From IMG/VR virus record IMGVR_UViG_3300028797_000100, positions 64,001 to 128,000 of that record: a stretch of 64,000 nt of DNA; one strand, 5' to 3'. A model generated the notes under the pieces. That model saw only the letters and a list, made by a program, of their open reading frames with translations. It had not been told where the DNA came from and made no database searches. Below, piece by piece: positions 9,774 to 19,327 of the stretch. Position numbers and translations under genes: made by a program. Source of the stretch: a virus (lineage: Duplodnaviria > Caudoviricetes). The stretch's first letter is position 1. Each line of letters opens with the position of its first letter.

Positions 9774-9838
9774 AGCTTAATTCTCCTTTACATAAATTTT
9801 TGTCATTATGACAATTACAAATCAGTCCGAGGGGAGGT

Positions 9839-10114
9839 GTGAATAAAGTGTTCTTTAGGGATATGAATGGAACGTCATTTGTTTGTTTAGATGATATTAC
9901 AGGAGTTCCGGTAGATTTGAATAAGGTTATCTATAATCCAAATATAGATGATCCTACAATTGTACCGGTTAGGTTGTTCAACTGTGTGCAGGAATATTTT
10001 GGGGTCAATCTGTCACCATCAGAAGTACAACATTTAATTTCATATGATTCTAATCATCTGGACGAATTTGCGAATGATTTGCGTCAAATAGTAAAAAATA
10101 AAAGAGGGGCTTAA
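9839..10114 (+). CDS. Hypothetical protein
   Basis: 91-aa ORF with a GGGGAGG RBS, followed by a hairpin terminator. Confidence 0.65.
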   Translation: MNKVFFRDMNGTSFVCLDDITGVPVDLNKVIYNPNIDDPTIVPVRLFNCVQEYFGVNLSPSEVQHLISYDSNHLDEFANDLRQIVKNKRGA

Positions 10115-10128
10115 ATGCCCCTCTTTTT
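10100..10128. terminator. Bidirectional terminator
   Basis: AAAAGAGGGGC-TTAAAT-GCCCCTCTTTT between convergent genes. Confidence 0.8.
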
Positions 10129-10723
10129 AATCGTCTCTTTCAACGAATTCAGCGAATAGTAAATGATGTGACATATTCACCAATCTCGTTATAGTCGAGA
10201 TTGATATTGGTACAGCTTTACGTTCTTCTTCTGTTTTAAGAGTCTCATATTTACCCAATAACTGCGCGACGTTATTGACTATAGTCATCTTAAACATTTC
10301 CCCTAAACGTGAACGTATCAATGCCGGAGTAATTTCGAACTCACGTACGACGAATTCGAATATTCTATTGAAGTATACTTCCGGTCCAGTGAATACCCAT
10401 TCCTTCACATCCTCTTTGGCATCACTTGTCTTCAGCGTTATGACACATGTCATATTTGGCTGTGTCTGTCTGAGTATAGACAAGATCTTACCAACCTTAA
10501 CGGCTGAGAGTGTTGAAGTAGATGAATTCAGAAGTTTGATGATTGACTCGTTTAATGCTGCTTCCTTAATTTTACCATTAGTCACAGCCGTGCATAATGC
10601 GGCCATTATTATATCAGCATTGGCCTTATTGCTGATATTTACTTCTGGTCTAGGAGCTACAACGTTTTTCAATCTATCAATGTTCTCTTGTGATATCATT
10701 TTCTTAGCTTCTTCAACTGTCAT
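10127..10723 (-). CDS. Hypothetical protein
   Basis: ORF. Start moved to ATG at 10723, behind the RBS GAAAGGAGG. Confidence 0.75.
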   Translation of the reverse strand: MTVEEAKKMISQENIDRLKNVVAPRPEVNISNKANADIIMAALCTAVTNGKIKEAALNESIIKLLNSSTSTLSAVKVGKILSILRQTQPNMTCVITLKTSDAKEDVKEWVFTGPEVYFNRIFEFVVREFEITPALIRSRLGEMFKMTIVNNVAQLLGKYETLKTEEERKAVPISISTITRLVNMSHHLLFAEFVERDD

Positions 10724-10741
10724 GATATCTCCTCCTTTCAC

Positions 10742-10786
10742 CATAATAATATATTTTTTATTTTCATAAATATATTATTACTATGG
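10742..10786. promoter_or_regulatory. Back-to-back putative early promoters
   Basis: AAATATATTATTACTATG on + (10768-10785) and AAATATATTATTATG on - (10742-10756), between divergent genes. Confidence 0.55.
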
Positions 10787-10831
10787 ACAGGATAGACGTA
10801 TCCTGTACTTTATAAATCCTATAGGAGGTCC

Positions 10832-11143
10832 ATGAATATGGAATTATTTGACAACATCAAGAACTGCAACAAGAATGCAGCAGCACTCAAGAAGGCAAAG
10901 AAGCGTGAAAAGGTTGAAAGAAGCGTAATCGCTGTACTGGCAGGATCACTGGTTGGTCTCGGAATAAGACACTTCACAACCAAGAAAGAGGAAGCAAAAA
11001 TTATTGCTGAGAGACTTGGTAATGCTAAAGATGCTATCCTCGGTAAGGACAAGAAGACAATCGTTGATACAACTGCTACAGAGACATCAACAGACTTCAC
11101 AGAAGTTGAAGATGCATGTGAGGTAACTATTGATGGTGACTGA
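10832..11143 (+). CDS. Small membrane-anchored hypothetical protein
   Basis: RBS TAGGAGG. Hydrophobic Gly-rich segment VIAVLAGSLVGLGI. Confidence 0.7.
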   Translation: MNMELFDNIKNCNKNAAALKKAKKREKVERSVIAVLAGSLVGLGIRHFTTKKEEAKIIAERLGNAKDAILGKDKKTIVDTTATETSTDFTEVEDACEVTIDGD

Positions 11144-11519
11144 AAGCATAGTAGGAGCTGTAGTGCTCGCAGCTTCTGCCTTAAGTTCTGGAATTCATCT
11201 TGTTAATCACAAGAGACTTACTAAACTTGAGAAGAAAGAAAAGATCAGAAATATCGAAGTTTCCGTATTAGAGTATACTGTATTGACCGGCATTGGTGTA
11301 GGTATCATTAATAAGTATGCTGTAAAGAAGGAAGAGGAGATATTCAAACAGCAGATCGAAGCAAAGATTGCTGGCATGGAAGGTACCGTAGCTCGCATCG
11401 AAACTCGGGTTGCTGGAACCCAGATTGATACTGTTAAAGCACAGAACGATTTGCTCAATGAAAAGATTGATCATATCGTCAATGCGGTTGACATATCACT
11501 CGAAGATCAGACGAAATAA
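11130..11519 (+). CDS. Hypothetical membrane/coiled-coil protein
   Basis: ORF overlapping the previous gene. Two hydrophobic segments and a heptad-like C-terminus. Confidence 0.7.
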   Translation: MMVTESIVGAVVLAASALSSGIHLVNHKRLTKLEKKEKIRNIEVSVLEYTVLTGIGVGIINKYAVKKEEEIFKQQIEAKIAGMEGTVARIETRVAGTQIDTVKAQNDLLNEKIDHIVNAVDISLEDQTK

Positions 11520-11567
11520 ATAATGATGGTGGGGCTTCACGCCCCACCCTCTCATTATTTTTTTTGA

Positions 11568-12395
11568 TTAGAATTTATGACTCTGCCAGAAGGATGTCTT
11601 TGGCTTAGCTTTGAAGCACATGTCAAGCTCGTGGAGACAGTACTCAACTATTGCCTGATCCATACCTTCATCTGTTGATATAGGATCCTTTGCAATCGCA
11701 TGCTCTGTAACAATTGCACCAGTGAGACGCATGATAACTGATTCTTCTGTGATGTCTTCCTCAGCACCAGCTTCAGCCTTCTCCTGAACTTCACCCTTGT
11801 CTTTCTTCTCAAGTTCTTCATCAAGATCGTCGAATACAGGAGCATCGTTTCTCTTAGTAACAACGCCGTATACATCATCAACAACCTTCTTAGATACAGC
11901 ATTCTTGAGCTTATCACGGAATGTATCATAGTCTGTTACATCCTTAAGAAGAACCTGGATATTGATGTTACCAGCAAGAGTATCATCATCCTTATTCTCT
12001 TCAAGCTCTTCAGAAGTCTCTTCAGTTATGTCATCAACTTCCTGAACTACTCCAGCAAGTATTGGTGACTTAAGACGATCACGTGCAGCACAGAGGTAAC
12101 CATAGCAAGAACCATCGTAATTGTTATTGATATGATTCATGATTGACTTATCTACCATTTCATCCAGACCCTCAGTATCATCAGCCATCATTGCATCTAC
12201 GAGATCGTGAAGTACATAAAGACTTAACTTCTCCTTGAACTTTCCAGAATCGAAAGTCTGAGGATGGAAGTTGTTGCTTGTAACTGTAGCACCTACAGTA
12301 TTAGCTTTAAATGCAGGACCCTTAGCATCTTTCTGATATGAATTATCAGTATTATTGATAATAGAATCCAGCATGTCCTTTACATTGTTAGGCAT
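11568..12395 (-). CDS. Hypothetical protein, probable virion (head) protein
   Basis: Acidic 275-aa ORF, translationally coupled to the upstream 12395-15136 gene. Contains VQE/TEES motifs. Confidence 0.75.
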   Translation of the reverse strand: MPNNVKDMLDSIINNTDNSYQKDAKGPAFKANTVGATVTSNNFHPQTFDSGKFKEKLSLYVLHDLVDAMMADDTEGLDEMVDKSIMNHINNNYDGSCYGYLCAARDRLKSPILAGVVQEVDDITEETSEELEENKDDDTLAGNINIQVLLKDVTDYDTFRDKLKNAVSKKVVDDVYGVVTKRNDAPVFDDLDEELEKKDKGEVQEKAEAGAEEDITEESVIMRLTGAIVTEHAIAKDPISTDEGMDQAIVEYCLHELDMCFKAKPKTSFWQSHKF

Positions 12396-15136
12396 TATTC
12401 ATCTTCTCCTTCCTCATCTTTATCGTCATCATTGTCATCATCTTTGTCGTCGTCATCGTTGTCAGACTTTTCAGGTTCCTCAGCCTCAGGTTCTACTTCA
12501 ACCTCAGCCTCAGCCTCGTCATCTTCTATAGCGTCACCAGTCTCAGGATCTTCAGGAATATTTACATCTTCATCAAGACCCTCATCAGGAGTAGCATTCA
12601 TGAGATCTCCATCAGGCTCAGCATAACGACGTCTCTGGATAACCATTTCCGAACAGATGTTATTCAGCTGCTGGAGCATGTTACCTATCTTACCAGCAAG
12701 CTCACCGATCTTGTCAACAAGAACCTTGTTGTCTGATGCGCTTGTGTCATATATAAGTGACTCAACCATATCAACGAAATCATCCAGTGCATCCATGAGA
12801 TCAGAAATCAGATTCATGTCCTCATCAGTGAAAGCAGTCTGAATCTTAGGCTTTCTGATTATCTTGGAGATAGTTCTCTGAAGATCATTGATGTTCTCAC
12901 TCTGAGGAGTATTTACATCATACTCATAGTTCTGGCTTGTTGAATAACCTGTCTGACGACCATAGTCATTAGTGCCACCAGAATAGTATGTGTTTGTACC
13001 AGTCTTCTTGGTAGGCTTGTACATCTTAGCAAGCTTACCCTTTGTGAGAGCACCCATGTCAGCAAGCTTCTTGATTGTCATCATGTCAGAGTATACAGGA
13101 GGAAGCTTTCTGCCGAGACGCTTCTTAGCATTACCAGATGAGAGGAACAGACCTTCCTGTACAAAGCCTTCCTGCATAACTTCGCCTGTGTCACCAGTGC
13201 CCTTGTTGAGCTTATCGTCGATTATAGAACCAACTTTCTTAGCAGCCTTTGTGAAGTCGGCTATTTTGCCCTTAACCATAGAACCGTAGTTCTCAGTCTT
13301 CTTTCTCAGAACAAGAAGAAGCTGTGCAAGTGCTTCGTTGAGATCCTTGATAGCCTTGATCTCATCGGAAGAGTAAATCTTCTTCATACCAGCAGCCTTG
13401 GACAGAGCTCTGTTGAGGCTGTGACCTTCACTCTTGAACTTCTTCAGAATAGCATCTGCATTGTCCTTGTTATCATTGAGAATGCCAAGGCACTTTCTCA
13501 GCTTGATGTTGAGTTCCTTATTGATGTTCTTAGAAGTGTATATGAAAGCTTCCTGGATTTCCTCATCAGACTTATTAGCTATAAGATTCTTGAGGTCTCC
13601 AACTTTCATATCCTTGAGGGATTCTTTACCGAGTTCGAGAAGCTGATTAACTGACATGTCGTCTACATTATCAACATCAAGAGCTCCTTCTTCCTCTTCA
13701 CTGCCGTCGAGATCTTCACCAACAGCGTCTTCTGTATCTGATACAGTATCATCGAGTTCACTCAATGCAGCATCAGCATCATCAACAGCAGCGTCATCTC
13801 CCTCGATTCCAGCATCCTCACCTTCAACTGATGTTTCATCAACATCACCAGCGTCAGCAACACCAACGTTGTCTGTAGGATTAGTTTCATCGGAGAATGT
13901 GATTGTCTCATCTTCAGCCATTGCATCGCCCTGTGTGTCAGCAGCAACCTTGTCAGCTATTTCAGAAGAAACGTCATTAACTGCAGCTGTTTCCTTATCA
14001 CCACCAGAGGTTTCAACACTTGTTTCGTCTCCTTCAGCTGGTGCATCAGTAGCTGCTGGTTCCTCAGCAGGTGCATCTGCAGCAGGCTCTTCAGCGGGAG
14101 CATCGCTAACACCTTCGATAGCTTCCTGATAGAAACGTGAAGGACGAACTCTACGAGCTCTCATTGCTTCTTTAGTTGCTTCGAGTTCAGCCATTTCCTG
14201 AACAACGACGTCCTTGTTCTCATAGTGTGTTTCATTAACAAAAGACTCCATATTGAACTTTTCACAGGATTCCATTGTGATATTTTCGTCCTTGTCTGTA
14301 ACTGGTGCTGTCCATCCATAGTATTCATCCTTACCTGTGATTTCGTTTGTATACTCAACTACAACACAGAATGAATCACCATTACCCTTAGGAACGATTA
14401 TTGTCTTAGGTGTACATACATCCCAAACAGATGTTTCGGGATCCACATTGTATGTGCTTTCCATGTAAGCCTTAAGAGGTTCACCGATCTTCTTGAGAGC
14501 ACCCATCTTAACAAGAGAAACAGAATCAAGTTGCTTCTTTGTGATGTTGTGCTGATCGTCTGTAGCGAAGAATGTATTTACCTTAGTAACAAAGTTATCT
14601 GTAGAACCAGCGGACATAGGACCGAAGTTTACATTTATCTTGGAAGGAACACTTGCATCTGTGATATTGATCTTGTCAAAACCATACAAGCCACATTCCT
14701 TAGCTTCTTCACAGTATTCATTATATAATTTATCAGCGTATTCTGTAACACGTCTCTCATGAGAAGATTCTGACTCACGAGGAAGTTTCACAACGTGATC
14801 TACAGCCTCCTGATAGAATTCTTCATATGATTTTATGCCTGTATATGACTCTGTAACTGAAGCAACTGTAGCATCCTTATTGACATCTACATTGCCAGTG
14901 CCAAGATCAAACTCGATCTTCTCAATCTCAGCATCTTCATCATCTTTCAACAGAGGAATATCTGTACTGAGTTTTCTTGTCGCACCAGCTTCTGTGCCTT
15001 CAGCAGAAAGATCGCCGAGTTCCGGGATCTCTGAGGCATACTCAAGTATGGCTTCGGTCGAAACTGATTCAGGTGCATTATTTTTTGCAGTCTCATTCAT
15101 TCTTGACTGAATTTCCTGCTTAATAAAGTTTCGCAT
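12395..15136 (-). CDS. Large acidic protein, probable internal head protein
   Basis: About 913 aa from ATG at 15136 (RBS AAAAGGAG). Acidic low-complexity linkers and repeated FYQEA/IQEA/VQEG motifs. Confidence 0.8.
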   Translation of the reverse strand: MRNFIKQEIQSRMNETAKNNAPESVSTEAILEYASEIPELGDLSAEGTEAGATRKLSTDIPLLKDDEDAEIEKIEFDLGTGNVDVNKDATVASVTESYTGIKSYEEFYQEAVDHVVKLPRESESSHERRVTEYADKLYNEYCEEAKECGLYGFDKINITDASVPSKINVNFGPMSAGSTDNFVTKVNTFFATDDQHNITKKQLDSVSLVKMGALKKIGEPLKAYMESTYNVDPETSVWDVCTPKTIIVPKGNGDSFCVVVEYTNEITGKDEYYGWTAPVTDKDENITMESCEKFNMESFVNETHYENKDVVVQEMAELEATKEAMRARRVRPSRFYQEAIEGVSDAPAEEPAADAPAEEPAATDAPAEGDETSVETSGGDKETAAVNDVSSEIADKVAADTQGDAMAEDETITFSDETNPTDNVGVADAGDVDETSVEGEDAGIEGDDAAVDDADAALSELDDTVSDTEDAVGEDLDGSEEEEGALDVDNVDDMSVNQLLELGKESLKDMKVGDLKNLIANKSDEEIQEAFIYTSKNINKELNIKLRKCLGILNDNKDNADAILKKFKSEGHSLNRALSKAAGMKKIYSSDEIKAIKDLNEALAQLLLVLRKKTENYGSMVKGKIADFTKAAKKVGSIIDDKLNKGTGDTGEVMQEGFVQEGLFLSSGNAKKRLGRKLPPVYSDMMTIKKLADMGALTKGKLAKMYKPTKKTGTNTYYSGGTNDYGRQTGYSTSQNYEYDVNTPQSENINDLQRTISKIIRKPKIQTAFTDEDMNLISDLMDALDDFVDMVESLIYDTSASDNKVLVDKIGELAGKIGNMLQQLNNICSEMVIQRRRYAEPDGDLMNATPDEGLDEDVNIPEDPETGDAIEDDEAEAEVEVEPEAEEPEKSDNDDDDKDDDNDDDKDEEGEDE

Positions 15137-15239
15137 AACGTCATAACTCCTTTTCAAAAAATTTTTTCGATATAGAAATATATCGTTATTTTGATATGGG
15201 ACTTGTCAGTCCCATTCATCAATTTAAACAACAGAATAC

Positions 15240-15392
15240 TTATGATAACATATATCCAAATGTCTCCAACACGATTTCATTAACTTCTGCAGGAGTCATT
15301 TCAAGTATTCCAATATCGTTCAAGGTCAAGTTACCCTTAACCTCGACACCATTTATGGTTGGTAAATTTTCCAACTGATTATAATCATTCAT
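15240..15392 (-). CDS. Small protein with a phage tail-associated DYNQLENLPTINGVEVKGN-type motif
   Basis: 50 aa from ATG at 15392 (RBS GAGGGGAG). The motif resembles the Y..L.NKP.INGV.L.G segment common in phage tail proteins. Confidence 0.6.
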   Translation of the reverse strand: MNDYNQLENLPTINGVEVKGNLTLNDIGILEMTPAEVNEIVLETFGYMLS

Positions 15393-15428
15393 AAAAACAC
15401 TCCCCTCAATTTTAAATAAGGAAAGGAA

Positions 15429-17417
15429 TTGATCAAATTGAGTAATACCGTACTGGAGAGATATCAAGATAGAATCATTGATATGTACTGTAAAGCACAC
15501 CCAAATTTTGATCGGAGTATGGTTGCGTCTAAAGTTATAGAATTCACGAATGGACGAATGAAGAACATTCCATGTGAGTTACATAATAACATCACGCACG
15601 ACAGAGTACAGACAACCATGCTTGATACATTCGTTTGGATTGAGAATCGTCAGCCAATTATAACAGGAAATGGCACGTTCTTCAAACAACATGAAGAATA
15701 TCTTGCTCCTACTGTTAAAATGCTTGAAAAGTTACAAGCAAACAGAAAGAAGAAAAAGAAAGAAATGTATCAATTCCCAAAAGGTACTGTCGAATATAAC
15801 AATGCAAACGTAGGTCAGTTGTCTATCAAAGTCATCATGAATGCTGACTACGGTGGGTCTGGAACAACGTTGTCACCATTCTATTCATGCTACATTCCAC
15901 CTGCCACAACCGGCAGTGCGAAGAACATAACCACGAGCTTAATCTGCTGTTTGGAGTTCATTTCTGGTAATAATGATAACTGGGCAAGGCTCATGAATAT
16001 CAATGAATTATTCGACATGATATTCGCTGTATTAGGTGATGATAGAGTCGATAGAGACCTCATTAAAGATTCATATCCCATTGAAGAAGTATTGGCTTGG
16101 TTGTTGTCCAGAGTATCAAATATTCAGGGTAAAGATCGCAGATGTCTCAAGACATTCTTAATGACATTGACGAATGATGAATTGACCAAGCTCATGTTAG
16201 CATTCAATCCACGTCTTGTATTGAATAAGTATGTACGTGATAAGGTTATGGTCATCAGTGATTATCTTTGTAAGCATCATATTGATATTGATACATTCTC
16301 AACGGTTGACTTCCATAATGATGAACAGGTATCTCAGTTGAAGGATACAATTCATGTTTGTGGTTATGGCGTAAAAGCACCAGAAGAAATATCTGGATTG
16401 ATTGAAGAAGTATCCAAGGTTATTGTGGACAACTGTGTGTATCCGTTCGTACCAAATGACGCTGAATTAAGAGCGGCTAATATGGATAGAGAAATAGTAT
16501 GTGTAACTGATACTGATTCACTCATGGTTCAGTTTGCACATTATATTGATGACTTCCAGATTATGGATCAAACATTATCATTCAGAGATAAATGCCTTGT
16601 TGCATCTGCATTTGGAATGAGACTGTTCATTGAACATATCATACCAAGAATGGTTGAAGACATAGCAAACTTCTGTAACATCAAGGATGAATATTATCGT
16701 AGGAAGTTTGTATTCAAGAATGAGTTTGCATTCCTTGCAATGGCACTCATAGCAAAGAAGATGTATGCTTCAGCTATGTTTGTTCAAGAAGGTTCACCTC
16801 GTAACATTCATGAGATAGCTGTATCAGGTTTGTCATTTAAGAAGAGAGATGCTGCAGAGTTCTTGGAACCAATCATGGTAGACATATATGACAAATGTGT
16901 ATTGACTTGTGACAAGGTTTCATTGAGTGGTATACTTGATGCATATACCGAATTACGTCAGAAGCTTGTTAATGAGTTAGCAACGGACCCATCTTACTTT
17001 AAGACTCTATCTATTAAGAGTCCTGATGCATATGATCCAACCAAGGTACTTCCAGCTCAAATGCGTGGTGCTATCGTATGGAATAACATCATGTCTGATG
17101 AAGAGATGTTACCAATGGATCGAGTTAAGGTTATTCCATTATCATTCAAATTGCTTAGAGAACATGCAAATGAAGATCCAAGAACAAGTGAGATACTTCG
17201 CTTGTGCCTAATAGATAATGAGAAAGAGAAGGATGATCCTTATATATGTATCCCTGAACATTATCACGACATCCCACTCTGGATCAGTAAGGTAATAGAC
17301 ACTGACTATGCAGCGGATAAACTGTTAATGCCATTCCGGCAGTTACTTGATGCATTCAATGTCTATGTGGCTGATGTTCCTGGTGGATTCCGTCCGTCAA
17401 GGATGGCATATATTTAA
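15429..17417 (+). CDS. Family B DNA polymerase, polymerase-domain subunit (split jumbo-phage type)
   Basis: Motif B IKVIMNADYG, motif C VTDTDSL, KKMY and GLSFKKRD. No exonuclease domain or motif A seen. Confidence 0.88.
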   Translation: MIKLSNTVLERYQDRIIDMYCKAHPNFDRSMVASKVIEFTNGRMKNIPCELHNNITHDRVQTTMLDTFVWIENRQPIITGNGTFFKQHEEYLAPTVKMLEKLQANRKKKKKEMYQFPKGTVEYNNANVGQLSIKVIMNADYGGSGTTLSPFYSCYIPPATTGSAKNITTSLICCLEFISGNNDNWARLMNINELFDMIFAVLGDDRVDRDLIKDSYPIEEVLAWLLSRVSNIQGKDRRCLKTFLMTLTNDELTKLMLAFNPRLVLNKYVRDKVMVISDYLCKHHIDIDTFSTVDFHNDEQVSQLKDTIHVCGYGVKAPEEISGLIEEVSKVIVDNCVYPFVPNDAELRAANMDREIVCVTDTDSLMVQFAHYIDDFQIMDQTLSFRDKCLVASAFGMRLFIEHIIPRMVEDIANFCNIKDEYYRRKFVFKNEFAFLAMALIAKKMYASAMFVQEGSPRNIHEIAVSGLSFKKRDAAEFLEPIMVDIYDKCVLTCDKVSLSGILDAYTELRQKLVNELATDPSYFKTLSIKSPDAYDPTKVLPAQMRGAIVWNNIMSDEEMLPMDRVKVIPLSFKLLREHANEDPRTSEILRLCLIDNEKEKDDPYICIPEHYHDIPLWISKVIDTDYAADKLLMPFRQLLDAFNVYVADVPGGFRPSRMAYI

Positions 17418-17451
17418 TCCATTAGGACATATATAATTCCAACGAAAGGAG

Positions 17452-18021
17452 GTGGATTATATCATGTGGGAACAGATATACGATTTCTTCACAAGATACA
17501 CTGGTGTGTCATATGACTTTTATTCAGACATTCAGTCAATAAAAGACCATGTACCATATGTATCACCACGTATCTGGAAGATGCGCATTGAACTCATACT
17601 GAAGAATCTTAATGATGCTTTGGACTGTATTGAGGAATATGGAGATAATCTTACCGATGATATGCCATCAAAATCAGATCTGAAAAAGATCGTAGCGCAA
17701 TATGTGTTGGGGTCGCTTGTTAAGAATCTCAATGAGATTAAGGAAGCACTCCATATCGACAATACCGATTTGAGTAATCTTGAAGATTATGAAACTCAGG
17801 TAGAGTTGATGAGATCTCTGTTAGCTATGTTAGCAGAAAATTCTCTTGATGAAATCTTATCTCGTGACTTGTTCGAGTCTGAAGGTAGGGATGATGAAGA
17901 GGATGACAATCAGTTCATTGAAGTATTCGGTCTTCATAAAGACGATGTACCAAATCTCTCAATGACTGTACAGTCAATTCGTCAGGATTATTTTGAGTCG
18001 TTAGACGACGACAATGAATAA
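17452..18021 (+). CDS. Hypothetical protein
   Basis: Acidic 189-aa ORF with RBS AAAGGAGG. Confidence 0.75.
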   Translation: MDYIMWEQIYDFFTRYTGVSYDFYSDIQSIKDHVPYVSPRIWKMRIELILKNLNDALDCIEEYGDNLTDDMPSKSDLKKIVAQYVLGSLVKNLNEIKEALHIDNTDLSNLEDYETQVELMRSLLAMLAENSLDEILSRDLFESEGRDDEEDDNQFIEVFGLHKDDVPNLSMTVQSIRQDYFESLDDDNE

Positions 18022-18082
18022 TATAATGTTCTTATTTCGGAACTAAAATTTACCATTATTATCGAAAGGAGGAATTGTTGCT

Positions 18083-18673
18083 ATGGCTTTTAATAACAAC
18101 AACAATTTCAACAACTCCGTCAACAACCAGGGCGGAGACAAAAAGAAGACCAACTTCAAAATTGGTAAAATCTGGGGTGCAGATGGTGTACTTGAGGTAG
18201 CTGTATGGTGTGCTGACACTGGGGTACGCAGCATACTTTCAATCAAGGCTGCTGTTGGTAAAGATCCTTCAACAGGTAACAACGTTCTTGAGCAGAAGAT
18301 GCCTAATGAGCTTCCACGTTTCTTCATGGATGCTGCTCTGATGAATGCTTTCATCACTGGTGTAGCTCAGGTGTCAGATCTTGGTACTATGAACCTTGTT
18401 ATTGACAAGGGTAACAACAATAAGCTCACTGTCATGGGTCAGGGAAATCAGATTAAGATTACTATTGATCATCCTAAGTGTGGTTCAAGAACCATTACTC
18501 TTGATTCAGTATCAATCAATGGTAAGGCAATTCATGCAAACTTCAACATACTCATTGAGTATCTTAAGCTTGCATACAAGAAGGCTCTCGTAAACAAACT
18601 CGATCCGGAGGAGTTTGGTATGGTTACTGGTGGAGACAACAACGGGGAAGACGACGGCAACGTACCGTTCTAA
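18083..18673 (+). CDS. Putative single-stranded DNA-binding protein
   Basis: Beta-strand-like core and an acidic C-terminal tail ending EDDGNVPF, like bacterial SSB DDDIPF. Lies next to the DNA polymerase. Confidence 0.5.
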   Translation: MAFNNNNNFNNSVNNQGGDKKKTNFKIGKIWGADGVLEVAVWCADTGVRSILSIKAAVGKDPSTGNNVLEQKMPNELPRFFMDAALMNAFITGVAQVSDLGTMNLVIDKGNNNKLTVMGQGNQIKITIDHPKCGSRTITLDSVSINGKAIHANFNILIEYLKLAYKKALVNKLDPEEFGMVTGGDNNGEDDGNVPF

Positions 18674-19305
18674 TGGTTGACTTTAATGACATCGGTAAAG
18701 CTGGATTAATGATACAATATGAGGATACAATCTCAATGGTTGGATTTAACATTGCAAAACAATTTAAGTCCAACCATCTATCTGAGAAGCTTGACAGTAT
18801 GACCGTTCCGGAAGTACTGTCGAGTTATCTCAATAGAGAAGATGAAGATTATTCTGTTTGGTTGAAGAAAGAGTTTAATATAGACATTGATCCGAAAGCA
18901 ATGTTTTCAAGCTTTTTATCTATGCAACCGAATATGATGTATCCTTATAGAGTATTTCCGGCTTCTCATAATGAGCATCAAGATAATCTGTACATATATT
19001 CGGATATATATTCCCCTATAGCCGAACAGTCACTGCGGACATATGGCTGTGGTGGTGCTGTGCAATACATACATTCGGATTTGGAGAAGTTCCTTAAAGA
19101 ACATCCAAACATGACTTTCATTACATCATCTATCAAGAGCATTGATATGGTGAGAAACATGAATGTTCCAATATGTCTGGTTGTATGTGATGATTATCGT
19201 TACACGATTGACCACTTTGTGAAAAACAAAATAGAGAAAGAGATAACAAAGAAACACAACATAATCCTTCGGTATACAAGTATAATATCAGGAGGTATTA
19301 TTTAA
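18673..19305 (+). CDS. Hypothetical protein
   Basis: 210-aa ORF coupled to the upstream gene by TAATG. Confidence 0.8.
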   Translation: MVDFNDIGKAGLMIQYEDTISMVGFNIAKQFKSNHLSEKLDSMTVPEVLSSYLNREDEDYSVWLKKEFNIDIDPKAMFSSFLSMQPNMMYPYRVFPASHNEHQDNLYIYSDIYSPIAEQSLRTYGCGGAVQYIHSDLEKFLKEHPNMTFITSSIKSIDMVRNMNVPICLVVCDDYRYTIDHFVKNKIEKEITKKHNIILRYTSIISGGII

Positions 19306-19327
19306 AAGGAAAAGGGAGGTATATGGA

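Noticed and set aside
14035-14110. Short GC-rich repeats encoding DAPAEEPAA
   Set aside because: Protein-level low-complexity linker inside the 12395-15136 CDS, not an independent DNA repeat element.
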